From Nemertoderma westbladi (taxonomy: Eukaryota; Animalia; Xenacoelomorpha), in contig JAUCBJ010008811.1 in assembly GCA_032718475.1 (NCBI GenBank), positions 54,820 through 118,819 of the forward strand: DNA of 64,000 nt, given 5' to 3'. Both the position numbers and the translations under genes were made by a program. Each line of letters begins with the position of its first letter. Position 1 is the stretch's first letter. The notes under the pieces are model-generated. The model was not told where the DNA came from. It was given only the letters and a program-made list of their open reading frames with translations, and did not search any database. Below, piece after piece: positions 11,568-22,046 of the stretch.

Positions 11568-12046
11568 TGTTGATAGGTAGGCACTAAGTAGATGGGAAAC
11601 CTAGAAACTTGACGGTTGACGCGTGTACCAGAGGTACTAGGTCTATACCCCCGGCGGGATTGGGCTAATTTTCTGCCTCTTACAGCCGTTATTATGGGTG
11701 ATATTTTCTGATAAGCGTTAAGCCCACTCATTAAACCAGAGATTAGTAGATTTATAAATCCGCCCCTTTGCACCAATCGTTTACGATAAATTCGAATGGG
11801 ATACTTGGCTTTTGGTTTTTTAGCGATCTCGCGTATTGTTTTTTTATGGCGTTTTAACCTCACGATTGTTTGCTCAGGAATTTTTACGTTACCATTTAAT
11901 ACATTTAGAATAATATTAATTAGAAAACTTATAAGTTCGTCGGTACCGCCGACGCGTAAGAAGGTTTTTCTACGGTTGAGGGAGGCGTTAGATAAGAACT
12001 TTAAATCCCCCTCAAATTGTTTAATTAAAGCTTTGAGTGATTTCAT
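11492..12046 (-). CDS. Conserved Polinton basic protein with QxGGF hydrophobic motif (adenovirus pX-like)
   Basis: LNVLNGNV...LKRHKKTIREIA...RKRLVQRGGFINLLISGL; upstream of the ATPase. Confidence 0.7.
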   Translation of the reverse strand: MKSLKALIKQFEGDLKFLSNASLNRRKTFLRVGGTDELISFLINIILNVLNGNVKIPEQTIVRLKRHKKTIREIAKKPKAKYPIRIYRKRLVQRGGFINLLISGLMSGLNAYQKISPIITAVRGRKLAQSRRGYRPSTSGTRVNRQVSRFPIYLVPTYQQCPESRRYRRNQSHQTTPLSRWVRP

Positions 12047-12476
12047 TACATATATTAATAACTTATATAAACGAGAACAATAATTGTAAGTAATAAAACA
12101 CCACCACCGTTATAAATAGTATCGATTATATGCGTGGGTGGGGTTTTTCACGCGATAAAACCGAGCAATTATAGGAACCGGCACTCTTTAAAACCTAACA
12201 TCAATAATAATTAATAAAATACATTATATAACGCGAACAATGAATTAATTTTGACATACTGACTGACAGAAAGACCGACAAATAGACAGATAGACTAGAT
12301 TTATGTAAATATAAACCGACATCAGAAATGAAATTGACGCCCTTGACAACCTAAGACTACCGATAAAACACGTTATATATAATGTGAATAATGTTAATAT
12401 CCGCGTTTATTTAAAAACCTAACGAGATCCCACCGGACAAACCTAAAACTGGCACCAGAAATGAAAAAATTAAATA

Positions 12477-13037
12477 TTAAATATTTCTACCTAAATGACT
12501 ATCTAAATTACCGATAAAATTCAAAAACTTTGGAAAAAATACTCGAAATATCCCGGGTCTTGCCATACACACAACATTTCGTGTGTAAAAAACGCAAAAT
12601 GTTATGATATTAGAACTAGTTTTACCCCGACGATAAAACTGCACAAGAATATTATTAAATATCTCCAGCTCATATTTCACCTCCACATTATAATAATTAT
12701 CTAAAAAATGAAACCCAACCGTTTTCATTAATTTGCTATAGTCTATGTCTAGATTGTTAATAATATAAGTTTGGCTATTGATTGAAATAAAAGTTAGTTT
12801 ATAATCAGTATGCTTATATATATACTTAATAATTTTTTTTATTTTAGGCGATTTACCGAGTACAGTGACCTTACCGCTCGGGAAAAAGAGACACGTCCAT
12901 CCGCAAATTTTGGCGATATATTGAAAAGGCTTTAAGATGAGTTTTCCATTTCGAATTCGTTTAGCCAGCACATCGAATGATATGCACCCATCAACCAACC
13001 TCAAACTTATATTACTGTTGACAACACTAAAAGACAT
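12477..13037 (-). CDS. TATA-binding-protein (TBP)-like protein
   Basis: 186 aa, the size of the TBP core. Two pseudo-repeats: TCLFFPSGKVTVLG (cf. TBP LIF.SGK.V.TG) and KYELEIF...FCVFYTRNVVC (cf. SYEPELF...LIFVSGKVVLTG). Confidence 0.72.
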   Translation of the reverse strand: MSFSVVNSNISLRLVDGCISFDVLAKRIRNGKLILKPFQYIAKICGWTCLFFPSGKVTVLGKSPKIKKIIKYIYKHTDYKLTFISINSQTYIINNLDIDYSKLMKTVGFHFLDNYYNVEVKYELEIFNNILVQFYRRGKTSSNIITFCVFYTRNVVCMARPGIFRVFFPKFLNFIGNLDSHLGRNI

Positions 13038-13046
13038 CGCAATCCG

Positions 13047-16000
13047 CTATTCTATAATGGGCGGCATATAAAGCTTAGGGGCGGGCGCTTTACGATCCAA
13101 ATGTGTTTTATAATGGCCGTAAGGTAGACTTTCATTAGTCGATGTGTAGTACCTTTTATCTTCCCACAGTGTTAGCGATTTTTTTCTTTGTGAAACGGTG
13201 TATATTTTATGTAAATTAGATTGAAACCTTTGACTGTATTCATAATGCTCGCTAACCTCGTTATATACTTTTAAATATGATTCGTGGGAGAGTTTCTTTT
13301 TTATAACCATTTTTCCTACGCCTTTAGCGGCACATTGTGGAACTGACCCCCCACGAAAGCTATAACATTTTGGTCTAAGTAAAATAACCTGGTCAAACGG
13401 GATAGACTTCCCTTCATCCTTTAAATATCTATATTTCCCTTTCTGTTCTACTGTATACAACGGATGTGTAATAGGATAATTTGAACAGTCTAAAACTTTT
13501 TTTGATTGTAACGCAGATAAAAATTGGTGTTGGGATAAACCAACACAATGTAAAAAAAAGAATCCGTGTCCCCACCTAACAAATTTATACTACAATTTAA
13601 TTCGGCTTCCAGGGGCTTTAATTTCTCGTAGAAGAAACTGCAATAATCTAACTTCGACAGGTCCAATACAGCTTGCCCTAAAAAAATAGGTTTATGCAAA
13701 CAAACCGCAGTCTTAGATAGGACATGACCCGATAATGAATCAGTGAACATAATTAAATTTTCGTGATTCGGCTTGGATAATAATAAGTCACATTTCTCGA
13801 TTGAATTACATAAGCGAAATGAGACACGGTCCCGTATATTCTCCATGCTTTTCCCGAAAAGCGCGTTATTTGTTCCTTTGTGAAACTTATCATAAAAGTC
13901 ATTGCTTGCTATTTTTCTTTGCTGGGTGTTATATTCAATAAAATCCTTAAAAATGTAACCTTGCTTAAATTTAATAAGTTTATGAACTTTAATCAAGCGC
14001 ATACCATGATCAATATAAAAGCGCAATAATTTTAGATGCACACCGTACTCATACTTATCAAATTGGGTTAACATCAATTTTTTTGCTGGGCTATTGAAAA
14101 TTTTATCACCATTATAATGTCGCCAAAGACTTTTCATGTGTGGACTGAGATACCTACTATCGAGTTTAATATGCTCCGGTGCAAATGGAAGCTCGGCTGT
14201 GGCATCATGAATAGTCATTGGGTATTCAAGGTCTACAATTGCGAAGTATCCATATATTTCGTCAATTTCCAGACTCATGATATCGACACTATCAACATCC
14301 AACCATTCAAAGTCAGAATAAGGAAGTTTCTCCGACAAAGAACCGCTATATAAACTGTTGAAATCTAAATTATATAAATGAGCTTCGGGTTTATTAGGGT
14401 CGTATGTTTCTGTGCCTGGTATATTCGCATTTGCCATGTGAAGGTTGGTGTAAGAAACTCCGCCCCTAATGGAATTTTCGAATGTTAAATACATTTCATG
14501 GTCTGCAAGTAGACGAATATGTGACTTGGAAAATCTCAAAGCCGCGTCCCAACTAACCCCCGCCATCGTGTAATAGTTCGACACCTCAAGCGAATAATGT
14601 TTAGTACAATATGCGCGAAAATTTTCAAAAATATCGGCTAGCAGCAACACGTCAAGATGTAAGTAAGCTTCCAAATAATCAAAAAGTGTCTCACATTGAA
14701 ATTGCTCCCACGAAAGATGTGCAAATGTATATTCTTCAGGGCTAATAGATGATAATGTTAATTCACTGTAAAACTCTTTTGGATGCGGTAATTTAGTATC
14801 CCCCAATTTACTTAAGGAATTGACATATTCGTAAGGAAAAACTGACTTACGGCGTAAAATTTCGTTGGTAACATTTGGATATAATTTTCTCATTTGCTTC
14901 ACGGTGTGTGGAATAACGGTTGTTAAATCTGACACATCTTTTGTCAAAAACCCAGCCAAAGCAGAAAGGGAAAATCCCATAAACACGAATGAATCAATAA
15001 ACTGTATAGTTATTGATTTGCTGGTTGGGAGCCCTCTTACGTCCTTTTCTGGAATAGCATAACCAAGAACGCTAAGTGCTTCTGACATTGGAATATCGAT
15101 GCGGAGTGAGATATATCTTTCAGTATTTTTTGCAATGGTTTCAATGTTCCAATTTTTATATTTACTACTGGCAAACCCTTTTTGTAAAATTAAATGTGAA
15201 TCATAAAAAAAAAATTATGACAGACAACTGGGAATAGGTGACGTTTAACACTTAATTGTTTATTACAGGAAATACACGCCGCACCAATGAAAGCCCCGTT
15301 GTAATGGTTGTGATGCATCACACTTGGATTTATATCTTCCCGAAAAAATGATTTACAATTAAAGCAATTTGTGGTACGCATATAAGCTTGGTATTGTGTG
15401 TGATCCAGGTGTTTGGGGTGGTGTGTGTTAAAGGTAGACCATTCATAACACTTAAATAAATCAAAAACCAGACTATCAATAAAATTCTGTACCGAGTTAT
15501 TATCGATATTTTGTCTAAATGTAGACAAAAAATAATTTGGGGGGTTAATTAATTCACCGTTGGAGACAATCAAATATGAAACAGCCGACGGGAGATGTTC
15601 GGCTATATAATATTTTTTTACATTATTTGTTGGGGCTAGTACCACTTCGAAATCCATATATACTATGAAAGGTGTACTGACAGACTTATAGTAATTAGTA
15701 AAACGTAAATTCAGTTTAGATGGCATCTCCTCTATTTGGCGCCCGCCTTGCCAACACCCTAATCTATGGCGTTCTAACGCATTTGGACTGTAGAAACCAC
15801 GAATACACCGCTCACAACGATGACAATGATGGTCGCTATTGCCTTCCCCACGACTATTAAATAATCTATTTAAGTTACAAACCCCGACGATGTGATTTGT
15901 TGAGGTTAAATTTTGACGTTCAATAAGCAATAAATTTAGCAATCTTTTACCTTCAGCTTTTTTAGCGCTCGGTTGCCGTAGAAAGGAAATTTTTTCACTA

Positions 16001-17060
16001 CTTCTATCAAAATACAATAAATTTATTAAATAATTTGGATTATTTTTTTCAAACTTTAGAATATTTAGTTTCCATGATAGGGTAGAGTCTAATTCGCTTA
16101 AATTAAAAAACCCTAAATACTGATTATAAGAACTTTGGCGTGAAACATGGCGCAGTGTGTGATCATCCGATATATGTTTTGAAAATTCTGCTGTCAGGAC
16201 CACCCACTTAAAACATTCACCTTCATTACACGGTACATTTATTATACAATGTTTATTTTTTAATTTTGTCGGGATTGATTGGTTGGCATCACCGCTATGT
16301 CCAAAACGATATACCGATCGCAAGTATGACGCAATAGTAAGTTTGATGCGCGATAGAGTTACAAGTTTCCAGCCGCTACCCCGCCTAATAAATTGCGATA
16401 TTTTTTCACCGATATGGGAAATGACTTGATGATTCGTCAAAATCCGAGCTATTTTCAATATAATTATCTGTACCGATCGAAGTAAAATGGAATTCTTCTT
16501 CTAGAGTATAATTAGCATCATCACGTTCCATTATCACTGAAGCAATTACCCACACTTTATAAAACATATCAATAAAAGCCGGTGCCGCCGTGTTAAAAGC
16601 GCGCGAAGCATATGACACATTATGGGTATATTCCTGAACGCGTGATTCGTGACATGTTTTTGAGAGATAAAAACCTTCGTTGGGTGTATCTGAACTGTTT
16701 GTAATGCTTACAGGCGAACCAATGTTGAGATCCGGTTGAAATGTCGGTTCTGATTGTTTTTGGTTATGTTTGCATTTGCGGGAATTGTAATGGTTTTGAT
16801 GGCAACTATGTTTGATATATGAATCGAAGTTTTCAAAATCATCAGAGCATGTCGGGCAGGATAGCGTGTAACCGCAGTAGGTGTAATTCGGGCGAGACAA
16901 CCCGCAACATATATTACTGTGAAATATTGCTATTCTTTCAGAAGTAGTTCGGCAATTACAATTATCGCAAACATACCCATCGAAATGTGCGCGTAAATGC
17001 CGTAAATAATTTTTCTTAAGTATAGTACAACCGCAAAAAACGCAATTAATCTCCATCATT
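13047..17060 (-). pseudogene. Protein-primed DNA polymerase B of Polinton B, split into 4 ORFs by frameshifts
   Basis: GSGW, CFKW, YMDFE, EndoVII-like HNHYNG..C..CN, FPYEY, DVLLLADIFENFR, SIRGG, LDFNSLY (motif A), K..NNALFGK (B), GDTDSF (C), RPKCY, AKGV. Confidence 0.95.
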
Positions 17061-17352
17061 ATAATTATTATTATTACGATTATAATATATTTATTAACGT
17101 AGGTACAGAAAACATATTTACAATATGCCGATGAAAGAGATGCGGCAGATTTTATGTAGATAAATATATCCAATACCCAGTCAACCAGCCACCCACGCTA
17201 GAAACCGTTTAACCAACCAAAATTTACTGAACTGACATTATCCTATTTATATGCTCTATTAACTATGTTGTATAATCGCGTGTAAGAGTATTTAAATAGT
17301 ATTGACATGTGTCACCACCCGAGTTTGGTGTTATGCGTTTAATGTCACATAT

Positions 17353-17985
17353 TTAATATGCGCGGTAAAATGTCGAATTAATCTCTTCCCCATACGGCGT
17401 TAAATTCGTCGGTAAAAGCCCAAAATAATCATCTGAATAAATATTAGAAATGTAGAGTATTGCCGCATTACATTGTTGGCATATAAGCTGGCATATTTTA
17501 TCGCCCGATGTTACAACGTATTCCTTAGATGTGTTGTTAATCAATATAATTACAAGTTGATCTATATTACCGCGCGCAACGCCGGAATCAACCGCACATT
17601 CTGCAACATCGATGCCAATTTTTGTCAAGCTAAAAGTCGGTGTAATTCTTCCAAAATAATTGGCGGGTAAATATATTTTAACACCCGTCTCAATTAACAT
17701 CCGTGAGTGCGGCTCTATTGTTCTATTCACGGCGCTATATATGTCAATCCCAGCTGGGCTATATGAACCGCATACAGGTGCCCGAGCTGCCGGGCTTAAC
17801 AATTCAATTTTAATTGGAATAATTGAATTAGGACCGCGGTAACTATTTTCAGCTTGTATTATTGGAAACATTTTTTTATTATGGTGTATTTTACCTAAAA
17901 AAATTCCTAAAAGAAAGGTAACAATGAATAATATATTTGAAAAAATGATCTTATCTATAGACTCAAGCTGCCCCAGTATTGTCAT
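17353..17985 (-). CDS. dUTPase-derived protein with N-terminal transmembrane segment, degenerate catalytic motifs
   Basis: AGIDIYSA (motif 1), FGRITP, GDKICQLI (motif 4). RSG replaced by TFS, motif-3 Tyr absent, no RGxxGFGSTG. Hydrophobic IIFSNILFIVTFLLGIFLG. Confidence 0.85.
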   Translation of the reverse strand: MTILGQLESIDKIIFSNILFIVTFLLGIFLGKIHHNKKMFPIIQAENSYRGPNSIIPIKIELLSPAARAPVCGSYSPAGIDIYSAVNRTIEPHSRMLIETGVKIYLPANYFGRITPTFSLTKIGIDVAECAVDSGVARGNIDQLVIILINNTSKEYVVTSGDKICQLICQQCNAAILYISNIYSDDYFGLLPTNLTPYGEEINSTFYRAY

Positions 17986-18189
17986 GTTGCTTAATCAATA
18001 ATATTTTGACCAATGGATATATTTATAATGGGTGTGTCTTTAAAACGCCGTTCGCGTGCCGCAATCGTTCGTTTTTAGTAAATGATTACAGAAAAATATC
18101 TGTTGTGAGAGAAAGTTTGCGATCCCGGCATTAAATTAAATTCGCTCATGCTTAAAATTATGAAACTTCTAAGAAGCTACACAGTTAAT

Positions 18190-18485
18190 ACAGTTGACGT
18201 CAATCAATTTAACCGTGAGTAGTAATATTCTGCGGAATTTTGAGGGTGTGTCTATAAAAATTTATATAGGCCGCATTAATCGCCGCCGCAAGCTGTTACC
18301 ACTTACGTCAACCAATTTAAGCGTAAATAAATATTTTCCTCGAAATTTATAGGAAGTTTTTCAAAAAAAATTCTCTCAGGACAATAGCGATTAATCCGGT
18401 TGAGTGGTTAAAATATACCCGTTTTCCCGATAGCCCATCATTATATTATAAATACGTCGTAAAATACTTTATTTTGTCATTCGGG
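18190..18485 (+). promoter_or_regulatory. Putative Pol II promoter of the PC4-like gene
   Basis: TGACGTCA at ~18195, TTACGTCA plus CCAAT at ~18303, TATAAATA at ~18447 with a TCATT initiator-like site ~30 bp downstream. Confidence 0.45.
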
Positions 18486-18579
18486 TTAATTCATTATTTC
18501 ATATTTTTCGCACATTGTATAGCGCAATATTATTGTATTTTTACACTTAATTATTAATATTTCACAAAATTTGTTGATG

Positions 18580-19869
18580 GAATCTGCGAAACCATCACAA
18601 CCAAAAATGATGTCATTAAGCGGTAGCTCTACTGATAGCACGCCCGCCCCATACGTATCGGTGATTACAGGTAAGAGTGTGTGGGGCCTCGAGTGTTTGG
18701 GTGAAGGAATAGAAATAAAAGCATTTAACGGGAAATACGTTCGATTCAGCCGTTGGGGTGATACAAAAGGACACAACGTCGTGCAAGAATCGGTAAGTCT
18801 TACTTACCAGAACATAAGATTCCTGTTTGACTTCCTCAATTATAATAAAATAGCCGTTGAATATTACAAGGAATACACCAGAGGCAATTTGCTTATAACA
18901 CCAATAAATCATGCGTACTTACGCATTGGGAAAAACGGTGCATCAATTTTTATCTCGCGAAAAATTCTAGATGTCTTACAAAGCATCTACGGCAAAGTCG
19001 TTCTTTCCCGTATTGAACCAAAAAAGAAGGAAATTCATGATGAGAATTTTATGGAGTTCGAAGATTGTGGGTACATTGGATATATCTACGACTTTGAAGG
19101 GCAACGATTTGTCGGCGTTTGGGAAGTGGATGATATAGGTAGACAGCGGAAGGGTGTTCTATATTACGATGGGTTGAATCTCAGAGCGGATGAATTCTGT
19201 TTGCTCGACTTTAACATAGATAATAATGTTAAGGAGAATATCGACGAGGTTAGTGTAAGGTACACATCGATCGTTAACGAAAACGGGATATATTTGTCCC
19301 ACAACTTCGACACCAAGGCTATTTTCATCCCTCGAAACAACGCAAATGTCAAGATAATTAAGGAATTACAGAAGTACGTGGGCCACGATATTCCGTCTGG
19401 GTGTGAGTTTCTACCGATTAAAAAGTTAGTTGTTGAGGCTGCGATTGATGAATTAGTGGACGAGGAACTAATGAAAGTGGAAATGCCGGACAACGCTAGT
19501 CAGCTGAAGACGTCCGAAGCAGTAAAAGTCACTGCTAAGAAAATGGATGAGAAAAAAATCTGGTTGCCCGCGATTGCAGAAAATGAGCGGGTAGACAGCG
19601 CTGAAAAAAAGAATGATTATAAGGATATTGATACCCTCGTTGGAGGTGTGAGCGCTCAGATGAAGATGAAAACACCTAAAGCCATGAAAGAACAAGCGCT
19701 TAAGCGAAAAATTGATCTCATCGTGAATAAAACACCTAGCTATGAGTATGAAGATATCAGCGACTTTGAAGAGGACATCGTCAATGATACGGATGATGGC
19801 GAAGACATTTGCAATGAAATCGAGACTAATGGGCAACCTCAAATAAAGAAGAATAAACATTCAGTGTGA
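18580..19869 (+). CDS. Protein with tandem PC4-like ssDNA-binding domains and acidic/basic tail
   Basis: IEIKAFNGKYVRFSRW...VSLT and YIYDFEGQRFVGVWE...RKG...LNLRADEF resemble PC4 (F.G...V.IR....KGI.L). NLS-like KRK/KKNK tail. Confidence 0.55.
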   Translation, partial: ESAKPSQPKMMSLSGSSTDSTPAPYVSVITGKSVWGLECLGEGIEIKAFNGKYVRFSRWGDTKGHNVVQESVSLTYQNIRFLFDFLNYNKIAVEYYKEYTRGNLLITPINHAYLRIGKNGASIFISRKILDVLQSIYGKVVLSRIEPKKKEIHDENFMEFEDCGYIGYIYDFEGQRFVGVWEVDDIGRQRKGVLYYDGLNLRADEFCLLDFNIDNNVKENIDEVSVRYTSIVNENGIYLSHNFDTKAIFIPRNNANVKIIKELQKYVGHDIPSGCEFLPIKKLVVEAAIDELVDEELMKVEMPDNASQLKTSEAVKVTAKKMDEKKIWLPAIAENERVDSAEKKNDYKDIDTLVGGVSAQMKMKTPKAMKEQALKRKIDLIVNKTPSYEYEDISDFEEDIVNDTDDGEDICNEIETNGQPQIKKNKHSV

Positions 19870-20101
19870 ATCTTCGAGCGGTAGAAACTTTATTATATAA
19901 ATAGACCATGTTCGTAGGCGGTGTCGCCGCAACGAGTCGGGCATGGTTAAATTATTATTATTATTTTGTGGTGGTAAATTATTTGTTGGTATAATGAATT
20001 ATCGATTGAAATAAATATTATATAAATTTATTTATAGTATTATACATTATTATACACATATTTATATATTTATTACTTTATTTTATTTATTATACACGGA
20101 T

Positions 20102-20554
20102 ATGTTGGGGGAAAATGAACTTGTGGTGGATGAAGTAGATATGGATGTGGAGGAAGAGGTGGAAGAGGTGGAAGATGTGGATGATGTGGATGTGGCGGCT
20201 GAAATAGCGAAGGAGAATGAAGCAATATTGGTGGCTATGTATGCGAGGGAGAAAGAAGAAGCGCGGTTGGAGAGGTTGTTAAATCCAAGAAATGAATGGG
20301 AGGAGATAGAGAAGAACCATTATTTGGAGGAAGAGGCGAGAAGGAACAGCGCGTGGGGTGAAGATTGGGAGTTGGAGATGGAGGCTGAGGGGGTTAGGAG
20401 AGCGAGGGAGGCTGAGAGGTGTGCACAGGAGAAGGTGATGAAAGAAAGGATTGAGATGTTAGAAGGAATGATGGGGATGTTGGGTGATGGTGGTGGTGGT
20501 AATGGTAATAATGTGGAGGATGTAGATAGCGAGGATAGCGGGATAAATGGGTGA
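20102..20554 (+). CDS. Highly acidic helical protein with AWGEDW motif
   Basis: 150-aa ATG-initiated ORF, last gene before the right TIR of B. Confidence 0.6.
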   Translation: MLGENELVVDEVDMDVEEEVEEVEDVDDVDVAAEIAKENEAILVAMYAREKEEARLERLLNPRNEWEEIEKNHYLEEEARRNSAWGEDWELEMEAEGVRRAREAERCAQEKVMKERIEMLEGMMGMLGDGGGGNGNNVEDVDSEDSGING

Positions 20555-20640
20555 GGTGGTGGAAGAAATTTTAAAATAGTAATGGTGATGGATTTAAGTA
20601 TAATAATCAAATTTGTTGGTATAATGATAATATTATAAAT

Positions 20641-21587
20641 ACAATAACCTTACTTCGTCGTAGCTCGCCCCACAACTCATTAATGGCACCCATATGCTAA
20701 GGCTTCACTCGCTTCATGGCTCGCCCCATTTTTTCAATGTTGGAAAGAATGATGGGGATGTTGGGTGATGGCGGTGGTGGTAATGATGTTGAGGATGAGG
20801 AAGAAGATTGGGCGGATGGTGATAGCAGGATAAGCGGGTGGGTGATGGGAGAAATTTTTAAATAAAGCGGTGCCGGATTTAAGTAAATGATCAAATTAAA
20901 ATAATAATATTATAAATACAATAACCTTACTTCGATGCTATCACTCACTTCATGGCTCGCCCCATAGGTAGAATAATCAAATTAAAATAATATTATAAAT
21001 ACTATAACCTTATACTCACTTCATGGCTCGCCCCACAACTTGTTGCGTAGTGATAAGTATAAATACAATAACCTTACTTCGATGCTATCACTCACTTCAT
21101 GGCTTGCCCCATAGGTAGAATAATCAAATTAAAATAATATTATAAATACCTTATTCTCACTTCGCGGCTCGCCCCCGCAACTTATTGCTTGACAATATTG
21201 GTAGCCACCGTTAGTCTGTGTTTATTCACCTTTTTTAGTTGTTGCGTCTGTAATAGTCTATCATGTTAAAGACTTTATAACAAACGTCTGCAACCCACTT
21301 ACTATATTGGGTTTTACCTATTGCGGTTCAAGGTCAAACGCCAACTGGTAGACACAAATTAATTAAATTACTTCTGTCTGTGGACTGGCCTTATACCACA
21401 TATGTCACATATACACAGTGGTGACATATGTTACATATGCACAATGGTAACCATAGTAACCATAGTAAGTGGGTGGGGCTACAATGGTAATCATAGTAAG
21501 TAGGCGGGGCAAGAGCCGTTCGGCAAATTCTTTAACATGGTAGACTATGGCAGACGCTGTTTTATTCCAGGTGTTTACCATACTACT
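20641..21587 (-). repeat. Right terminal inverted repeat of Polinton B
   Basis: Reverse complement of 4287-5225 with few substitutions and a 9-bp duplication near 21450. Confidence 0.95.
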
Positions 21588-21640
21588 CGCATGCCATACC
21601 AAAAACTATGGTCCTGTTTGAAATGTTAAGGTGGACCTTT

Positions 21641-21676
21641 CTATATAAATAAAACCATGTAAAGTTAGATCATTAT
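21641..21676 (+). promoter_or_regulatory. TATA box and initiator-like site upstream of the GTSF1-like gene
   Basis: CTATATAAATA at 21641 and TCATT ~28 bp downstream. Confidence 0.5.
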
Positions 21677-21749
21677 CTCTAAAAAACATTAAGTGAAGTT
21701 TTTCAAAGTTTTTTAAAAGTAAATCTTAATAAATTTGTCTTTTGTTACT

Positions 21750-22046
21750 ATGGAATACTTTATATGCCCGTATGATGCCACACACAGAATTCATTCGGAG
21801 AAATACGTCAAGCATCTAAGAAAATGCCGCAAGAACTTTTCCGACCAAAAAATGGTTCAGTGTCCCTTTGAAGTTGCGCAGAGCTTTAGAGAAGCTGAAA
21901 AGGACCACCATCTACGATTTTGTGAATACAGGAACAGGAACTCAATTTTTGAGATATTAAAAGAAGAGAAAAAAGAAAAAAAAGTAGAGAAGAAAGGAGA
22001 AGAAATTGAATGTTCGATGGCGTGGGGAGAAGAGGTGTGGGATTGA
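21750..22046 (+). CDS. GTSF1/Asterix-like protein (tandem CHHC U11-48K-type zinc fingers plus acidic Trp tail), 98 aa, intronless
   Basis: CPYDATHRI......HLRKCRKN...CPF........HHL..C matches GTSF1 CPYD.NH.I......HL.KCRKN...CPF...H......HH...C; ends AWGEEVWD. Confidence 0.88.
   Translation: MEYFICPYDATHRIHSEKYVKHLRKCRKNFSDQKMVQCPFEVAQSFREAEKDHHLRFCEYRNRNSIFEILKEEKKEKKVEKKGEEIECSMAWGEEVWD

Larger units (their letters stand above)
4287..21587. mobile_element. Polinton/Maverick B, full-length by boundaries (17.3 kb)
   Basis: Starts AGTAGTATGG, ends CCATACTACT, flanked by CGCATG at 4281-4286 and 21588-21593. Long TIRs; pPolB, ATPase, MCP, penton and protease inside. Confidence 0.96.

Noticed and set aside
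18486-20610. Antisense ORFs overlapping the PC4-like and acidic genes
   Set aside because: Shadow frames of the + strand coding sequence.
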